DNA of 64,000 nt from Carcharhinus longimanus (lineage: Eukaryota): NCBI GenBank assembly GCA_030264375.1, contig JASCQW010000160.1, positions 33,301,051-33,365,050 on the forward strand. The letters run 5' to 3'. A program made the translations under genes and the position numbers. Shown here piece after piece: positions 24,183 to 37,794 of the stretch. How positions within the stretch are numbered: the first letter of the stretch is position 1; every line of letters begins with the position of its first letter. The notes under the pieces were generated by a model. The model did no database searches. It was not told the DNA's origin and saw nothing but the letters and a program-made list of their open reading frames with translations.

Positions 24183-25128
24183 ACCCTGTCTTGCAATGGT
24201 GATGAGTTGGTACACCAACACAAAGGGAGAGGTGCAGACCCAATCCCTATCTGATGGTTGAGAATGTTGTACATTCAAAGCATAGAAACAGAGTAACCAG
24301 ACTTTAAACTATTGAGAACAGAAAGAGAACACATTAAAATAAACCTACAAATTGATAGCCGCTACCTGTGATATCACTAGTGAATCAACTCCATCAGCTG
24401 GCGAACAGAAAGCATTGCTGCGTGCACTGTTCTTCATTCAACATGGAGCATGTTAGTTACCGCAATTCAATGTAGCTCATGTAAAAAGTAAATTCCACCT
24501 TATTGGGAAAATGTACCAAGATGGGTCTCAACATATTCAAGTCTATTAAGTATTCACTGCAATCTTGAACGAATGCTCCTTTGTCATAAATTATCTTGCA
24601 TTTCTGGAACGTCAAAGTTAGATTGCAGAAATGTAGGTAGCGAAGGTTTGTTGCTGAAATGTGAATTACATTACATTTTATAGTGAAGGTCAATCCATCT
24701 GGACCCATCCAACTCTTGGCAGGAAAAAAAACCCCATTAATTTGGGCATGTTAAAACCCAATGTTACACAGAACCAACCGTTGTTGCTGTGAGGTTTTTC
24801 TTGGTGTTTAATTGCCAGATGAGAGGGACATGATATACTGCATCAACATTAATGCAGGTCATCTCATCAATATTTGCATTTCATTTCCATTGTGTCTTTT
24901 GTAGACAAGAAAACACCTTACTCCTCAAACTCAACTTGGACTAGTCACGAACAAGGAATGAGAGTAATTCAGAATGTCTGCTTCTTTCCAGTGAAGGCAT
25001 GGTTGAGATTAAACATGTTTTTAAAAATGTATCTGTATCTTAACACTCATATCTACCCTACACTTTTATATACATATCTGGAGTATAACTGTTTTCTGAC
25101 CTATACACACGACCCAGAATCTTCATTG

Positions 25129-26317
25129 TTTGGATGCGAATTTTGGAGGCATGCTTAATAAGTTTGCAGATGACACCAAAATTGGTGACATAGTAGACAG
25201 TGAAGAATGTTATCTAGGATCACAATGGTATCTTAATCAATTGGCCAGTGGGCTGATGAATAGCAGATGTAGTTCTATTTAGATGAATGCGAGGTGATGT
25301 GTTTTGGTAGGATCGAACCAGGGCAGGACTTACTCAGTTAATGGTAGGGTGCTGGGGAGGGTTACAGAACAAAAATATCTAGGGGTACAAGTTCATAACT
25401 CCTTGAACGTGGAGTCACAGGTGGACATGGTGGTGAAGACGGCATTTGGTGTGTTTGGTTTCACTGGTCAGAACATTGAATACAGGATTTGTGATGTCTT
25501 GTTGAAGTTGTACAAAACATTGGTAAGGCCACACTTGGAATACTGTGTACAGTTCTGGTCACCCTATTANNNNNNNNNNNNNNNNNNNNNNNNNNNNNNN
25601 NNNNNNNNNNNNNNNNNNNNNNNNNNNNNNNNNNNNNNNNNNNNNNNNNNNNNNNNNNNNNNNNNNNNNNNNNNNNNNNNNNNNNNNNNNNNNNNNNNNN
25701 NNNNNNNNNNNNNNNNNNNNNNNNNNNNNNNNNNNNNNNNNNNNNNNNNNNNNNNNNNNNNNNNNNNNNNNNNNNNNNNNNNNNNNNNNNNNNNNNNNNN
25801 NNNNNNNNNNNNNNNNNNNNNNNNNNNNNNNNNNNNNNNNNNNNNNNNNNNNNNNNNNNNNNNNNNNNNNNNNNNNNNNNNNNNNNNNNNNNNNNNNNNN
25901 NNNNNNNNNNNNNNNNNNNNNNNNNNNNNNNNNNNNNNNNNNNNNNNNNNNNNNNNNNNNNNNNNNNNNNNNNNNNNNNNNNNNNNNNNNNNNNNNNNNN
26001 NNNNNNNNNNNNNNNNNNNNNNNNNNNNNNNNNNNNNNNNNNNNNNNNNNNNNNNNNNNNNNNNNNNNNNNNNNNNNNNNNNNNNNNNNNNNNNNNNNNN
26101 NNNNNNNNNNNNNNNNNNNNNNNNNTGGAACAAGCTGCCAGAGGGAGTAGAAGCGCGTATAATTTTGTCCTTTAAAAGGCATTTAGGCAGTTACATGGGT
26201 AAGATTGGGTATAGAGGGATATGGGCCAAACGTGGGCATTTGTGACCAGTTTAGTGGTAAAAAAGTGATAATGATATATTGGACCCAAGAACCTGTTTCC
26301 ATGCTGGAAACCTCTAC
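25129..26317 (+). mobile_element. CR1-clade LINE 3' part (RT C-terminus), spans an N gap
   Basis: KFADDTKIG...; LGVQVHNSL...LYKTLVRPHLEYCVQFWSPY...WNKLPE. Confidence 0.9.
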
Positions 26318-26754
26318 CACTCATATTTACCCCAAATTTTTACACACAACATACATAACTGGAGTGTAACTCTTTACTGACCTATGCACACAACCCAGAA
26401 TCTTCATTGACTCACATGTAGCAAAACCAGATAGGTCAAAGATCTGAGTTCCCCAAAGGTGCTGGTTGCCTGCTCCTATCACAGGCATGGGCATGAGCTA
26501 TTGCAATTCAATTCAATTCAGCTCCAATGGGGATAATATAGCAACACCAGACTTCATCAGTATGTCTCCATAACAACAGTATCAACAAAGTACCAATGCT
26601 CTCCGTGAATGCTCTCATGTGAAAACCAGACATTTCGGTGAGGACATGGGGACCGTCAGCACCAAAGGAACCATGCTATAGTGTGGATGTGAGAAGATGT
26701 TTAAAGAAAATGCAAACCCACATGAAATACACAAAATATATTTAAAGTATCTCC

Positions 26755-29700
26755 AAGGATAAAATGGACATGTTTATTAATTAAACTATCACTTAAATAA
26801 AAAAGTGCATAGAAAATGACGCTTAGAAACATTTTTTACAACTATGTACATTTTTTTTACATTCATTCTTTAGCATAGCTTTCAGTTTTTCTTAATTAAA
26901 ATTTCCTTCATTACCATGATATGGTTTAACACTGATGCACTAATCAATCAGATTGTTAATAATGTTTTTGTAAGAGCAATGTAAAAAATAACAATTTACA
27001 GGAACACAAAAAAAGACTGAAAAAATAATTAAAAAAAGGTTTACAATTTGCCTCATCATGAATAAAAATAAAACAAATTTCTCACGCAAGGTTTCTCTGA
27101 ACCGGAACATTTTACATCTACTACTTCTTCGTGTATTCATCTCAAAGAGACATAAAAATATATTCACATTAACGGAAAAACACACATATAAATATAATTC
27201 CGTTCCGGTGGGGTACGGGAGAGAAAAGGCAAGCGTCCTAGTCACAGAGAACAGGGATGTATAGACACAATGTGTACCCGAACTTTTAAAAAATAATTTA
27301 AAAAGTATATTCCCCTCCCGCCCCATCTAGTAGTTATATAGTCAGCCGTCCATTCTTGAGACAATAAAAAGAAATTGCAATAGTGTTTAAATATTAAAAA
27401 AATTTTGGGAAAGTATCACTAAAGCCTTATGGTCACGGAAAACAATTCAGAAATTGCAGATTCTGCATCTCCCCTCACTGCTATTTCTTTCTGAACTAGG
27501 ACCCAAAATTATGTACTTTTAAACTAACAAGACATGATGGTTTTACATGATCTCTACAGATTTACCGTAAACATCGTATTGCTTTGAAATGGATGCTAAA
27601 TAGACGAGAACCAGCCCTTCAAATTAACCCGCTTTTTTTTTCCAGATGGGATTTTGTATCTCATTGAACAAACTTTATGGTGTATCATTCATTTAAAAAA
27701 AAACTTTTCTAGTAAGAAGTTCAGTCATTAGAAAAAGATACATTCATTGTAAAATCACTGTGTCCTACTCTGTTGGGTTGCAAAGGGAACAATGTTAAAC
27801 CGTTTTAAAAAATACTAAAGTCCCTCCTTGCCACACCTTTGGGTGTTGGAGACTGAATTATTCCATGTGGCTGGCTTGTAATCTTCCACTATGGTAGGGC
27901 AGGCTTTTCATCAGTTCCAATCCTGTTGCAGGACAGGACAATGAAGTGCTCCAGTAAAAGGATAAAAAAAAACACACAACAGCATTCCTACAAAGGATAA
28001 AATACCAGCCACCCTCTGTAAGTGCATCTCTTGTCACGAATTGCTAATGACAGTCATGGAGTTATCTTGAGCTGCAATCCAAGAGAACAAGCTAGCACTC
28101 ACTCACTTGTGCAGAGGTGGCACACCAGCTTTGAGGCAAAATGGAGGCGAGACAAAATTTCAACCGTTCTACAAAAACACTTAACAGTATAGAATGAATC
28201 TTATGAAATGGTGCAAAAGGACAGCAGCAGCGTAAAAATAGTTTTTTTTTAACTTTGGTGTTTAAAATGAAAATCAAGCCTCGTAGATGCCACCCAGAAG
28301 AATGCCCTCGATGTTACTGCAGCTAGTTCTGTCAGATGACACTGGGCTGCAGCGGTACAGCATCACACCTCATGAGAAAGGAATATGAACAACATGTTAC
28401 TGCAGACATACTTTTGCCAAAGCTAATTTTTCAAATGGCACTGATGTCCTAGAAATAAGCACACCCACTACTGCATAACCACCGCCTCCCTTTCCCTCCC
28501 ACAGAAACAAACAATGGAGGTGTAGATCACAATGTAGATCATTGCGTAGACCAAAGTGGCTCTTCCACTCATTTGGGTGAAACTGTCCATTAGAAGGTTG
28601 CAAGACCTAATACCAAATGTCCTTATTGAACTCTGTCCAGCACTTGGAGTGAGCTATGTGAATATTTCAATTAATTGAGCAACAACCCCAAACTATAGAT
28701 AGCTGCACAGAGTATACAGTCAACAAAAAGACCCCAAATTAAATAAATAAATTGTAATAAAAAAATATATATATGCACAATGGCAGTATTTTCAATTGTT
28801 AATTGGCAGGTCTTTAAACTTCAGTTAAGTTGTCTATAAATCTCAACTTAAAAAAACAATAACCTGGCACTTAATTATATACACTGTATGGCGTGGGTTA
28901 TAATGGTTTAAAAAAGTTTAACTGCCTGTGAAAACCAACACAAAGGAATGCATGGCAGCTTCATACTCAAGGTTCAAACAGCGACATACACAAAAAAAGC
29001 GACACCTGTAAACAAAAGCGAACTAGCAACTAGCCGTTTCTTCTGACTTGCCACGCTTCTCTACCCCATATCGCATGCTCAACAAAACCTGCACAGTGGC
29101 TTGACTGCTGCAAAAAAAGCATAAAGGGTTTCATCGACGGTGCAGAAACAAATGGAGTCAAGTTCCTATCAGCAAGACACCCACTTCCTCTTCTTTCACA
29201 CCTTCTTGGGGGCCATTTGAGATGGAAAAGCAGACATTACCAGTTCTCAGCACATGAAATCCCACATTACCCGCTGACTAAAGCCTGCGGTTAGTGCCAC
29301 TAACATCAAACTCTATATTTTGGGGAGTAAGAGTATGGAAAGTTAAAAAAAACCCACAAAATGTCTAACAATGGGTGTCAAAAGATGCTGGAGTCCTCCG
29401 TTCATATGCCCCAGCTGCCTGACTTGTTGGGTATATACATCTATTCTGTGTCTTGGCTCTGAATTATGAGGATAGTTGGCTAGGAAGGAGGTACAACCTG
29501 CAAGAAATTAACTAGAACTCCAATGATTCATTTATTCCTATGAATCAAGACTTTGGTACACATACTCAGGCTGTCACCATCTGGCTCTGCTGTGCTATCA
29601 TAGTTAGCTATGTTTTAGATTATTTCCTACCTATTCCCAAAAGAACTTTACTCCTTTTTCCATTCTATTTTAAATACAATTATATTCAAGTTTCCTATAT

Positions 29701-32700
29701 GTCCAAATGGATTTCAAACAAATACAAATGATACGTTTTTTTAAAAATTTTTGTTGGAGTTATAGATAGTGAGAGTTAGGGAGAACATTTATAATAACCT
29801 TTGTACAGTGTTATAACTCATTAACCACAGTCACTGTGAAATCCCACTCTGGATAAAAAAGTACTATTTAAAATCTCTGCAAATTCCTATTGAGTTAAAG
29901 ACACTTATTACTTATTTCCTTTCAGTGGGAACTTGAGCCTTGGTAAAATCAGACAAGCCCACACCCGTTTCTGAATGAACACAGTACAGCATTATTTTAT
30001 TTAGCGGCACATGGATGGGGTTTCGGTATAAGTTTGATGAGGGACAAGCCAGTGTTGACTCCTGGGACTCCATCACATTAAGAACTACACTAGATAAATA
30101 ATGCATTCTAAAAGCATGCCAAAGCCCCCTTGCATCAAAAACCAAATAAACCTTGTACCTCAAAATTGTAGTGCTTAATTTAGGTTTTGGGTCACTCACA
30201 AATTAAAGGTTTATAATTGCAATCAGGGAATCATATGGTTCTGCTCATGGTTTGTGCATTTTGTTCCACCTGTTTAAATTCTGTAGTCTTTTCAGCAACT
30301 TAACTAAGTTTTTTTATATCCTTTCATTGGATGTGGGTGTTGCTGGCAATGCATTTGTTGCCCACTGCTAATTGCTTTAAGAAGGTGGTTGTGAGCCACC
30401 TTCTTGAACTGCTGCAGTCCAAATGGTGCAAGTATACCCACAGTGCTGTTCAAGTGGGAATCTGGGGAAGGGAACCAAAAGAATATTAACTCCATACAAA
30501 TGGGTATCTCAACAATCCATTCAATCCTTTGAATGGAAAACTAGATTTTTTGGGTAGAAGTACGGGCATTGAAGGCAACCTCTTAAGCCCCAATTATATA
30601 ACATAGCTAAAGGCTATAAATCATCAACAATACTGCTTTAAAAACCTCCTCCTCACTTACATAATTAAAAATGACTTAGCAGCAACTGCTAGTCATTGTA
30701 CTTATTTAAATTCTTACTGGGACTGCAAACTGATGTTTCATATATTCCTTCAATTATTTAAGAAAATTAATAGAAATCAAAGATTTTATGAATAAAATGT
30801 CAATAAAAATTGCTAATCAAATATTTGCCCCTTTTTTTTGAAGTGCCCAGCAATGCAGTTAGAGGGGTGTGAGGAAACACATAAACCAAATTGCCCACTG
30901 TTAGTCATGGTTTCTTTTCGATCATGAACTTCACCTGCGGCTGTTTGGTAACACGCAAACTAACTAAAAACGTAATGACCAACCAAGTTCTTCATAGCTG
31001 GCTATTGTGCGTTAAACTAGCTAGCGGTCATTAGTACAGCATTTCAGATTCGGTCTTCACGACTGTCAGTGCATACAGAACTAACCCCCTCCCCACCCCA
31101 CCCACCCCTCCCAATCCAAACCCCCCACCCACCCACACCCCCTTCCAGTAGAATCCCCATTACCTGAACATTAACACCACACTCGGAAGGTGGGTCTTCC
31201 TCGTGCTGTAAGTATGCTGCCCTGGTGATTCCACCACAAACTTGGTGAAGTGCAATGTCCTTCTCAGGTTAACACTGCCCTTTCTTGCACAACAGGTTAA
31301 TACCTCTCTACGAGCGAAGGTGCCCTCAAGTAACAAGCTGATATCATAGCAGCGAGGAACGTGGTCCCAAAAGGCTGGTGGCAGATGGATGTCATTAAGC
31401 AGCAGCAACTGAGTAAAGACAAACCCCATATGAAGAAGAAAAATCCCCAACCCAACTTTTGTCCAGAGGTATGACTAAATAGCAATAATGGACAACTGGG
31501 AAACATTCATCCTGACAGTCTTCCATCCATCAGCCTGGCTTGCTGTCAATTATTGCTTAAAGGGGCACTGTCTTTTGCGAGGGGATGTACATAACGGAAT
31601 GGAAGTGTGGAGAGGGTGGGTAGGCAATACTTGTTTTGTTTAAATGAAGACTGTGCCCCTTTAAATAAAACACAACTTCCCGATCAGCCAAACTGCTTTT
31701 TTCAAAAACTCAATACAGTTTGGATAACAGGAGACACATCTGTAATCTGGAGAATGGAATACACAAGATACGGCTAATAATTTGAACAACGGGAGGTATG
31801 GAAATACGACTGTAGTCTGAATTACAAGATACACGGCTGTAGTCAGTACAAACACATTAGTTTTAGCGTCAATCTAAATAGCACACAGTGCAAAAATATA
31901 AGGGATCAAGATCTTCAAACGTTAATTACTGCCGTAAACCCACTTGAGATGCATTCATTTGGTCAAAACAAACTTGCCCATGTTCCAGGAGTCAGCTATT
32001 GTAGCACTTTGTCAATTCAATAGAAATTATTTCCTGATTGATAAAATAAACACTTTCCAGAAAAAGAATTTGCTCTGCCCTTCTGATATGGTGATTAAGT
32101 TTTTTTTTTTGGAGACCAGTTTTAATTTTCCCCACACTACTGTGTAGAACAGCTGTTAAGTGGTGGGAATGCAGGAAAGATATCCTAGAAGTTACCAGCA
32201 GGTGGTTGCTTGATGTGCTGGTGGGCATTCATCTGTTATTTTAGCGGAGGTATTTAACGCCTGCGTTAAAAAGGTGAATTAAGGAACGCCAAAAGGGCAC
32301 ATTAAGCATTTGTACATCACTATCATCCATGGTAACTTCTAGGATCGCCAGTTTTAGAACAAAGAACAAAGAACAAAGAACAACACAGCACGGGAAACAG
32401 GCCCTTCGGCCCAACGAGCCCGCGCCGCCNNNNNNNNNNNNNNNNNNNNNNNNNNNNNNNNNNNNNNNNNNNNNNNNNNNNNNNNNNNNNNNNNNNNNNN
32501 NNNNNNNNNNNNNNNNNNNNNNNNNNNNNNNNNNNNNNNNNNNNNNNNNNNNNNNNNNNNNNNNNNNNNNNNNNNNNNNNNNNNNNNNNNNNNNNNNNNN
32601 NNNNNNNNNNNNNNNNNNNNNNNNNNNNNNNNNNNNNNNNNNNNNNNNNNNNNNNNNNNNNNNNNNNNNNNNNNNNNNNNNNNNNNNNNNNNNNNNNNNN

Positions 32701-34207
32701 NNNNNNNNNNNNNNNNNNNNNNNNNNNNNNNNNNNNNNNNNNNNNNNNNNNNNNNNNNNNNNNNNNNNNNNNNNNNNNNNNNNNNNNNNNNNNNNNNNNN
32801 NNNNNNNNNNNNNNNNNNNNNNNNNNNNNNNNNNNNNNNNNNNNNNNNNNNNNNNNNNNNNNNNNNNNNNNNNNNNNNNNNNNNNNNNNNNNNNNNNNNN
32901 NNNNNNNNNNNNNNNNNNNNNNNNNNNNNNNNNNNNNNNNNNNNNNNNNNNNNNNNNNNNNNNNNNNNNNNNNNNNNNNNNNNNNNNNNNNNNNNNNNNN
33001 NNNNNNNNNNNNNNNNNNNNNNNNNNNNNNNNNNNNNNNNNNNNNNNNNNNNNNNNNNCAGGGATTATTAAACCAAGCATTCATTAGCAGGCTTTCCTAC
33101 TACTAGAAAGGTCAGTGTGAAGTTTCAGTGTACCCTGGTCACCAGTTCTCTGCCTCTTCCGATATGGTTCTCTTAATTTCACCTCTGAAGAGCCAGTCCA
33201 CTAACAAGTGCGGTACTACTTTGAAGCAATTAAAAATAAACATTTACAAAAAGGAAATCCAAACAAGTGTCAGGTAGAATTTCTACCCAGTTAGTGTTAA
33301 TTCTACATTCTGCCATTGTAAATGAGGCTCTTAAGTTTAAAAAGAAATCAAATAGCTTTAAACATAAAATAAAACACGCGATAACTGCCTCCTGGAAAGG
33401 GAAGGGAACTTGCCAGATTGAAGTGATTTTATGGGACTACAGACTTTCCCCTACGCTGCTCGGGTACAGCCACGGTTCAGCACATCTTCACTTGAAGCTG
33501 CCCTGCTGTTGAGGAGTGGCTGTCACTCCTCAAGAGCAGGTTTGAGGAAAAAAAGGTTTTCTTCACATTTTAAATCACGATTAAAAACGAATTGCTCCCA
33601 AGTCAGAAGCCAAATAGCACGAAAGATCAAAACTGCGTGTTCTCTTTGCCTTATCCTGTACACAACTGTGGAAGATACCTGATCTTTCCCTTTCTTTTTG
33701 GCCCAGAGGGGAGAGTCTGCTCCAGTAAGTCACCTAATCCAGGCTGAGTTTCAGCTGTTGGTGCTGCCTTGGTACCACAATTGACTGGGAATTTCAGTTG
33801 TACTCATTTATTTCACTCAGAAATCCTATCTCCCATATATGCTTGGAGCGGGATGGAAATAGGGCTCTAGCCGACACACACACTGCCTTGCAGTTCTAAA
33901 AATGGTTAGCTGCCACAACTGTTAGCGATGTATTTTACCGTGTTGACAACAAAAACCAAGAGATTTATAAATTTGTTTGAATTACATTTTTTGCCATTAA
34001 TCAGTTGGCATTGACACCATGGGCCAAATGACCCCTCTTCTATGCTGCAATCAGTCTTTAAAACTGCTGCAACAAGACTTTTGTATGTTGCAAACTGCAA
34101 TGCAATTCCACCACCACTTCCATCCCAGTTTTTTTTTAGTAATCTCATAAAATCATGGCACAGTCACCTCAAGAGGGTTTTTTCCACCAGTTACATCTAT
34201 TTTTTCC
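26755..34207 (-). other. KMT2A: Probable long KMT2A 3'UTR (~7.4 kb including a 629-nt N gap)
   Basis: Follows the stop codon; nearly free of the SINEs abundant elsewhere; U-rich on the mRNA strand; ends at an AATAAA. The extent is inferred, not transcript-proven. Confidence 0.6.
26773..26778 (-). terminator. Candidate KMT2A polyadenylation signal AATAAA
   Basis: tttatt on + strand, at the edge of the repeat-poor block and preceded by U-rich sequence on the mRNA strand. Confidence 0.55.
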
Positions 34208-34483
34208 TTAGTTCAGGAACTTCCTGCATTTCTTTGCTCCGCAGTTACAAGGCAGTTTGTTGCTGGCATCTTCGATTGGGAACTTGTAATCATACGTGAG
34301 TTCTTCACCGCGGTAGATCTTCCGCACGGCAAAGATGACAATGTGTTTCTGCCCATCCACATTTATCACCCGTGAGTAGCAGTTGGGTTCGCAGGCGTGG
34401 TTGATGAAACGCGCTGCATTTCCGTGCATTGTGGCATCCACAACCTCATAATCATCAATACGGAACATGTAACAACCGATCCC
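34208..34483 (-). CDS. KMT2A: KMT2A last coding exon (SET-C and post-SET), TAA stop
   Basis: ctaacag|GGG ATC acceptor; [11 protein letters not shown]...[11 protein letters not shown]...ELTYDYKF...[13 protein letters not shown]. Confidence 0.98.
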   Translation of the reverse strand, partial: GIGCYMFRIDDYEVVDATMHGNAARFINHACEPNCYSRVINVDGQKHIVIFAVRKIYRGEELTYDYKFPIEDASNKLPCNCGAKKCRKFLN

Positions 34484-36682
34484 CTGTTAGTACAAAAAGG
34501 AGGAAACAAAACAGAAGAAAATTAACACATTCACCTAAGTTCAAGTGTTGGGCTCCCCCCCACCTTCCTAAAGACACTGGCTCCTACATGCATGAGTTCC
34601 ATTGGCATAGCAGCCCTCTCTTATCTTACCCAAGTGCGTACCTAGATATGAGTGCCAGAAGTTCTGACACTTGACCAAAAGAAAAATCACAGCTAAGTTT
34701 GGCACAACTCCCACACAATGTTCAAACGATGCACTCTGCATTTCGCTCAGAGTGGGATCCTCAATAGATTCTTTTCATCATAGCCCAGGGTCATGATGCC
34801 AACTGTAGCAACCCAATTGCTTCAGCCGAACACAAAACCTGCGGCTCTGTATGGCACAGTAAAACATAAAGTGGCGTTTTAAACAAGCCAGTCCACTGGA
34901 AATCAAACATATTAGAATAAAGATATAGAGACATTAGAATATATACAAGGATAATGCAAGAGCTGATATAAAAGTATCAGTCTTCAATGTCTGAGTCAAC
35001 AGACAAAAACCCAAATAACCCAGTGGACAATGAATATCCCCCTCACTTTTCTCTCTAGTACTAAGCTGACAGGCTGGAATTCTTTTCTCCAAAGAAGGGT
35101 TGGCTGAGGATCATGATCTTGTCGAGGTCTTTAAGAATATGATAAAATAGAGAGGTGTTTCCACTTGTTGGGAGTCCAAAACCAGGCGCCACAAACGCAT
35201 GGCAGTCATTAATAAATCCAATAGGGAATTAAGGGGAAAACTCTGAGCCGTTTCGTGATTAGATTGTGGAATTTACTAACAGAAGGAGTAGTTGATATGA
35301 ATTGTAGAGATACATATAATAAGTAGCTGGATATACAGGAACAAAAAGGGAGAAAGGAACAAATTTTGCTGGCAGGGGCATAAGCACCAGCATGGACCAG
35401 TTGAGCCAAATGGCCTGTTTCTGGTCTTTAAATTGTATGAAGTTCGAACAAAATAAATGCTATTGCCACTATACCTTTAACGCTGCATATCACAGTTAGC
35501 TGAGGGAACAAGCCAAAGAAAAATCCAAATGTGAACCAAAAGGTATTGTAAAAGGTAAGGACCAGAACATCTCGAGTAGCTTAACTTACTCAAACGGTAA
35601 TTAAATAGAGTATTTATGAAAGAAAATGAAATATACAATATAACCTGATCAAACTGACTCACTCAGTTTTGAAAATTATGTTAATCACAGTTTCGGTTCT
35701 AATCATCTGGCTTGCCAGGAATCTGTTCCTGATTATTTTACAGATACCTGATTTGATTAACAATATGCATTTCCATTCCAAAATCATAAACCCCCACCAC
35801 CCCTCCTTACACCTAGTGACATTAATCTGTTACAATAAGACATCATAAGGCAGACACAGTTTTACTTTCATCCCCATGAAGCAGGCAAAAATCACAGAAG
35901 CAAGCAAAAGCGATTCAAGCACGTTTTAAATAAAACTTTATTCAACAAATACAGAAACAAGAGTTTTTTAAAAAATGCATAGCTAGTTGATCTATGGTGT
36001 TACTCACAGGTAGTCCAGTGCTGGAGCAATGTGATGCTTAGCCTAAAAATGGTGTTGCTTAACCTAGTATTTCCCCCAAGGTATTTAATCAGCAAGGGCA
36101 AGATCTTATCTGTCGTTCATGCCACGCTCCCGCTGCAGCAAGGTCGGAGAATTTGGCAGCCAGCCAAATCTCTCTTCACTGCAGAGGAATGGCAATATAC
36201 CGCTGGCGTGAATGGGAGTAAGATTCTGACCTTAATTTCAGTGAACAAGCACACTAAGCAGGCACATCTGAGGCCAAGTGGGGCTCACTGCTGGGGTTGG
36301 ATTCTGTTGGAAGCTGCTTATAAATTCCAATGCTCTTAGCCTTGAGATGAGACCAAGTCATCAAAGCCAGAAAAACAAGGGCGTTGGCTATAACTTTCTT
36401 TCTATTCTTTGAAGTATCTTTATTTTGAGCATCATACAAGAAGTGGCAGTCATGCCCCAGTCACAACGCTTTTATAGCTTCTGGTGTTTCTTACTGAGTT
36501 TATATCAACAAAGGCACTATCAGCAAGAAGTCCAGCAGAAAGGTGAACTATATATAAGACATTTTGTACATTAATAGAGGGAATGATTTTGAAGTTTACA
36601 AAAGCTCTGGCCTCAGTACACTCAATTGATTATATTTTACCAAAACTCCTATGTTTTAAATTCTACGCACTCTACCTTTTAC

Positions 36683-37035
36683 ACACAGTGACACAATGGT
36701 TAGCATTGCTGCCTCATAGCATCAGGGACCTGGGTTCGATTCTGCCCTTGGGTGACTGTCTTGTGTGGACTTTGCACGTTCTCCCATGCCTGTGTGGGTT
36801 TCCTCCGGGCGCTCTGGTTTCCTCCCACAGTGCAAAGGTATGCAGGTTAGGTGGATTGGCCATGCTAAATTGCCCCTTAGTGTCCCACAATGTATAGGTT
36901 AGGGGATTAGTAAAGTAAATGCATGGGGTTACAAGGACAGGGTGGGGGACGGGCAAGGTAGTGTCCAGGACTCAGTACAGACTTGATGGGCCAAATGGCC
37001 TCCTTCTGCACTGTATGGATTCTATGGTTCTATGA
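36683..37035 (+). mobile_element. HE1-like SINE, tail type A
   Basis: Head, core and ...ggcctccttctgcactgtatggattctatggttctatga tail. Confidence 0.85.
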
Positions 37036-37664
37036 AGTTCAATCAAAGCCCCATGAATCTTGAAATTGTTATGAGAGTATTTGCAATTGACTGCACTCAT
37101 GCAGTTAAAACTCTGTTGCAAGGTATTCTGACATACAACAGCCTTAATCTGATCTCTTGGCTGTTTCAGTGACAAAGAACCATATTCAGGAACAATTTGA
37201 GCTCAGGGGTAGCAGAAGCAACAAAAGGGTATTCGAAGTAATGCCCAAAACAAATTATAATAATACATTCCATTTAAACTCTTAAGAGAATTAGAAATTG
37301 TACAGCAAGTAATCCAACTGATAAGGTAAAGGCTCTCAAGAATTGCTCAGTTTTTAAATGGGTCACCAGTTCCAAAACCAATTTGTTGATCCAGACACTG
37401 CAAATGCTAAACATACAACAAGCAAAAAAAGCACGCACACAAACCAGTTTTTAAAATGATTTGCAATGTTGCTGCAAGTTAAACAACGCAAGCAGATAAG
37501 CTGTTTTATGTCGCAAGGAAGCCGGTGCGTTGCCGATGCCATATAGATAGTGTTATTTCAGAAAGGGTTCATTAAACGGCGGAGAAATAACATCAGTGAT
37601 TCCCACGATGGCTATCCCAGCACCTGTAGTTATTATCTAGCATAAACCTGCACTAGAAACTCAC

Positions 37665-37794
37665 CTTGCTGTCATAATATTTCTCTCGTTTGTCTGTGAG
37701 GACAGATCGAATGACATTACCCGAATATTCGATGACCATCTCACCTGCATCAATGTTTCGCTTACAGAAAAGGCCCCGTCCATGGATTGGTGAC
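37665..37794 (-). CDS. KMT2A: KMT2A exon (SET domain)
   Basis: ctgtag|G TCA acceptor, AAG|gtgag donor; 130 nt; SPIHGRGLFCKRNIDAGEMVIEYSGNVIRSVLTDKREKYYDSK. Confidence 0.97.

Noticed and set aside
25545-33087. Long ORFs of 188-279 aa in the ORF track, made mostly of X
   Set aside because: Open only because they run through N gaps
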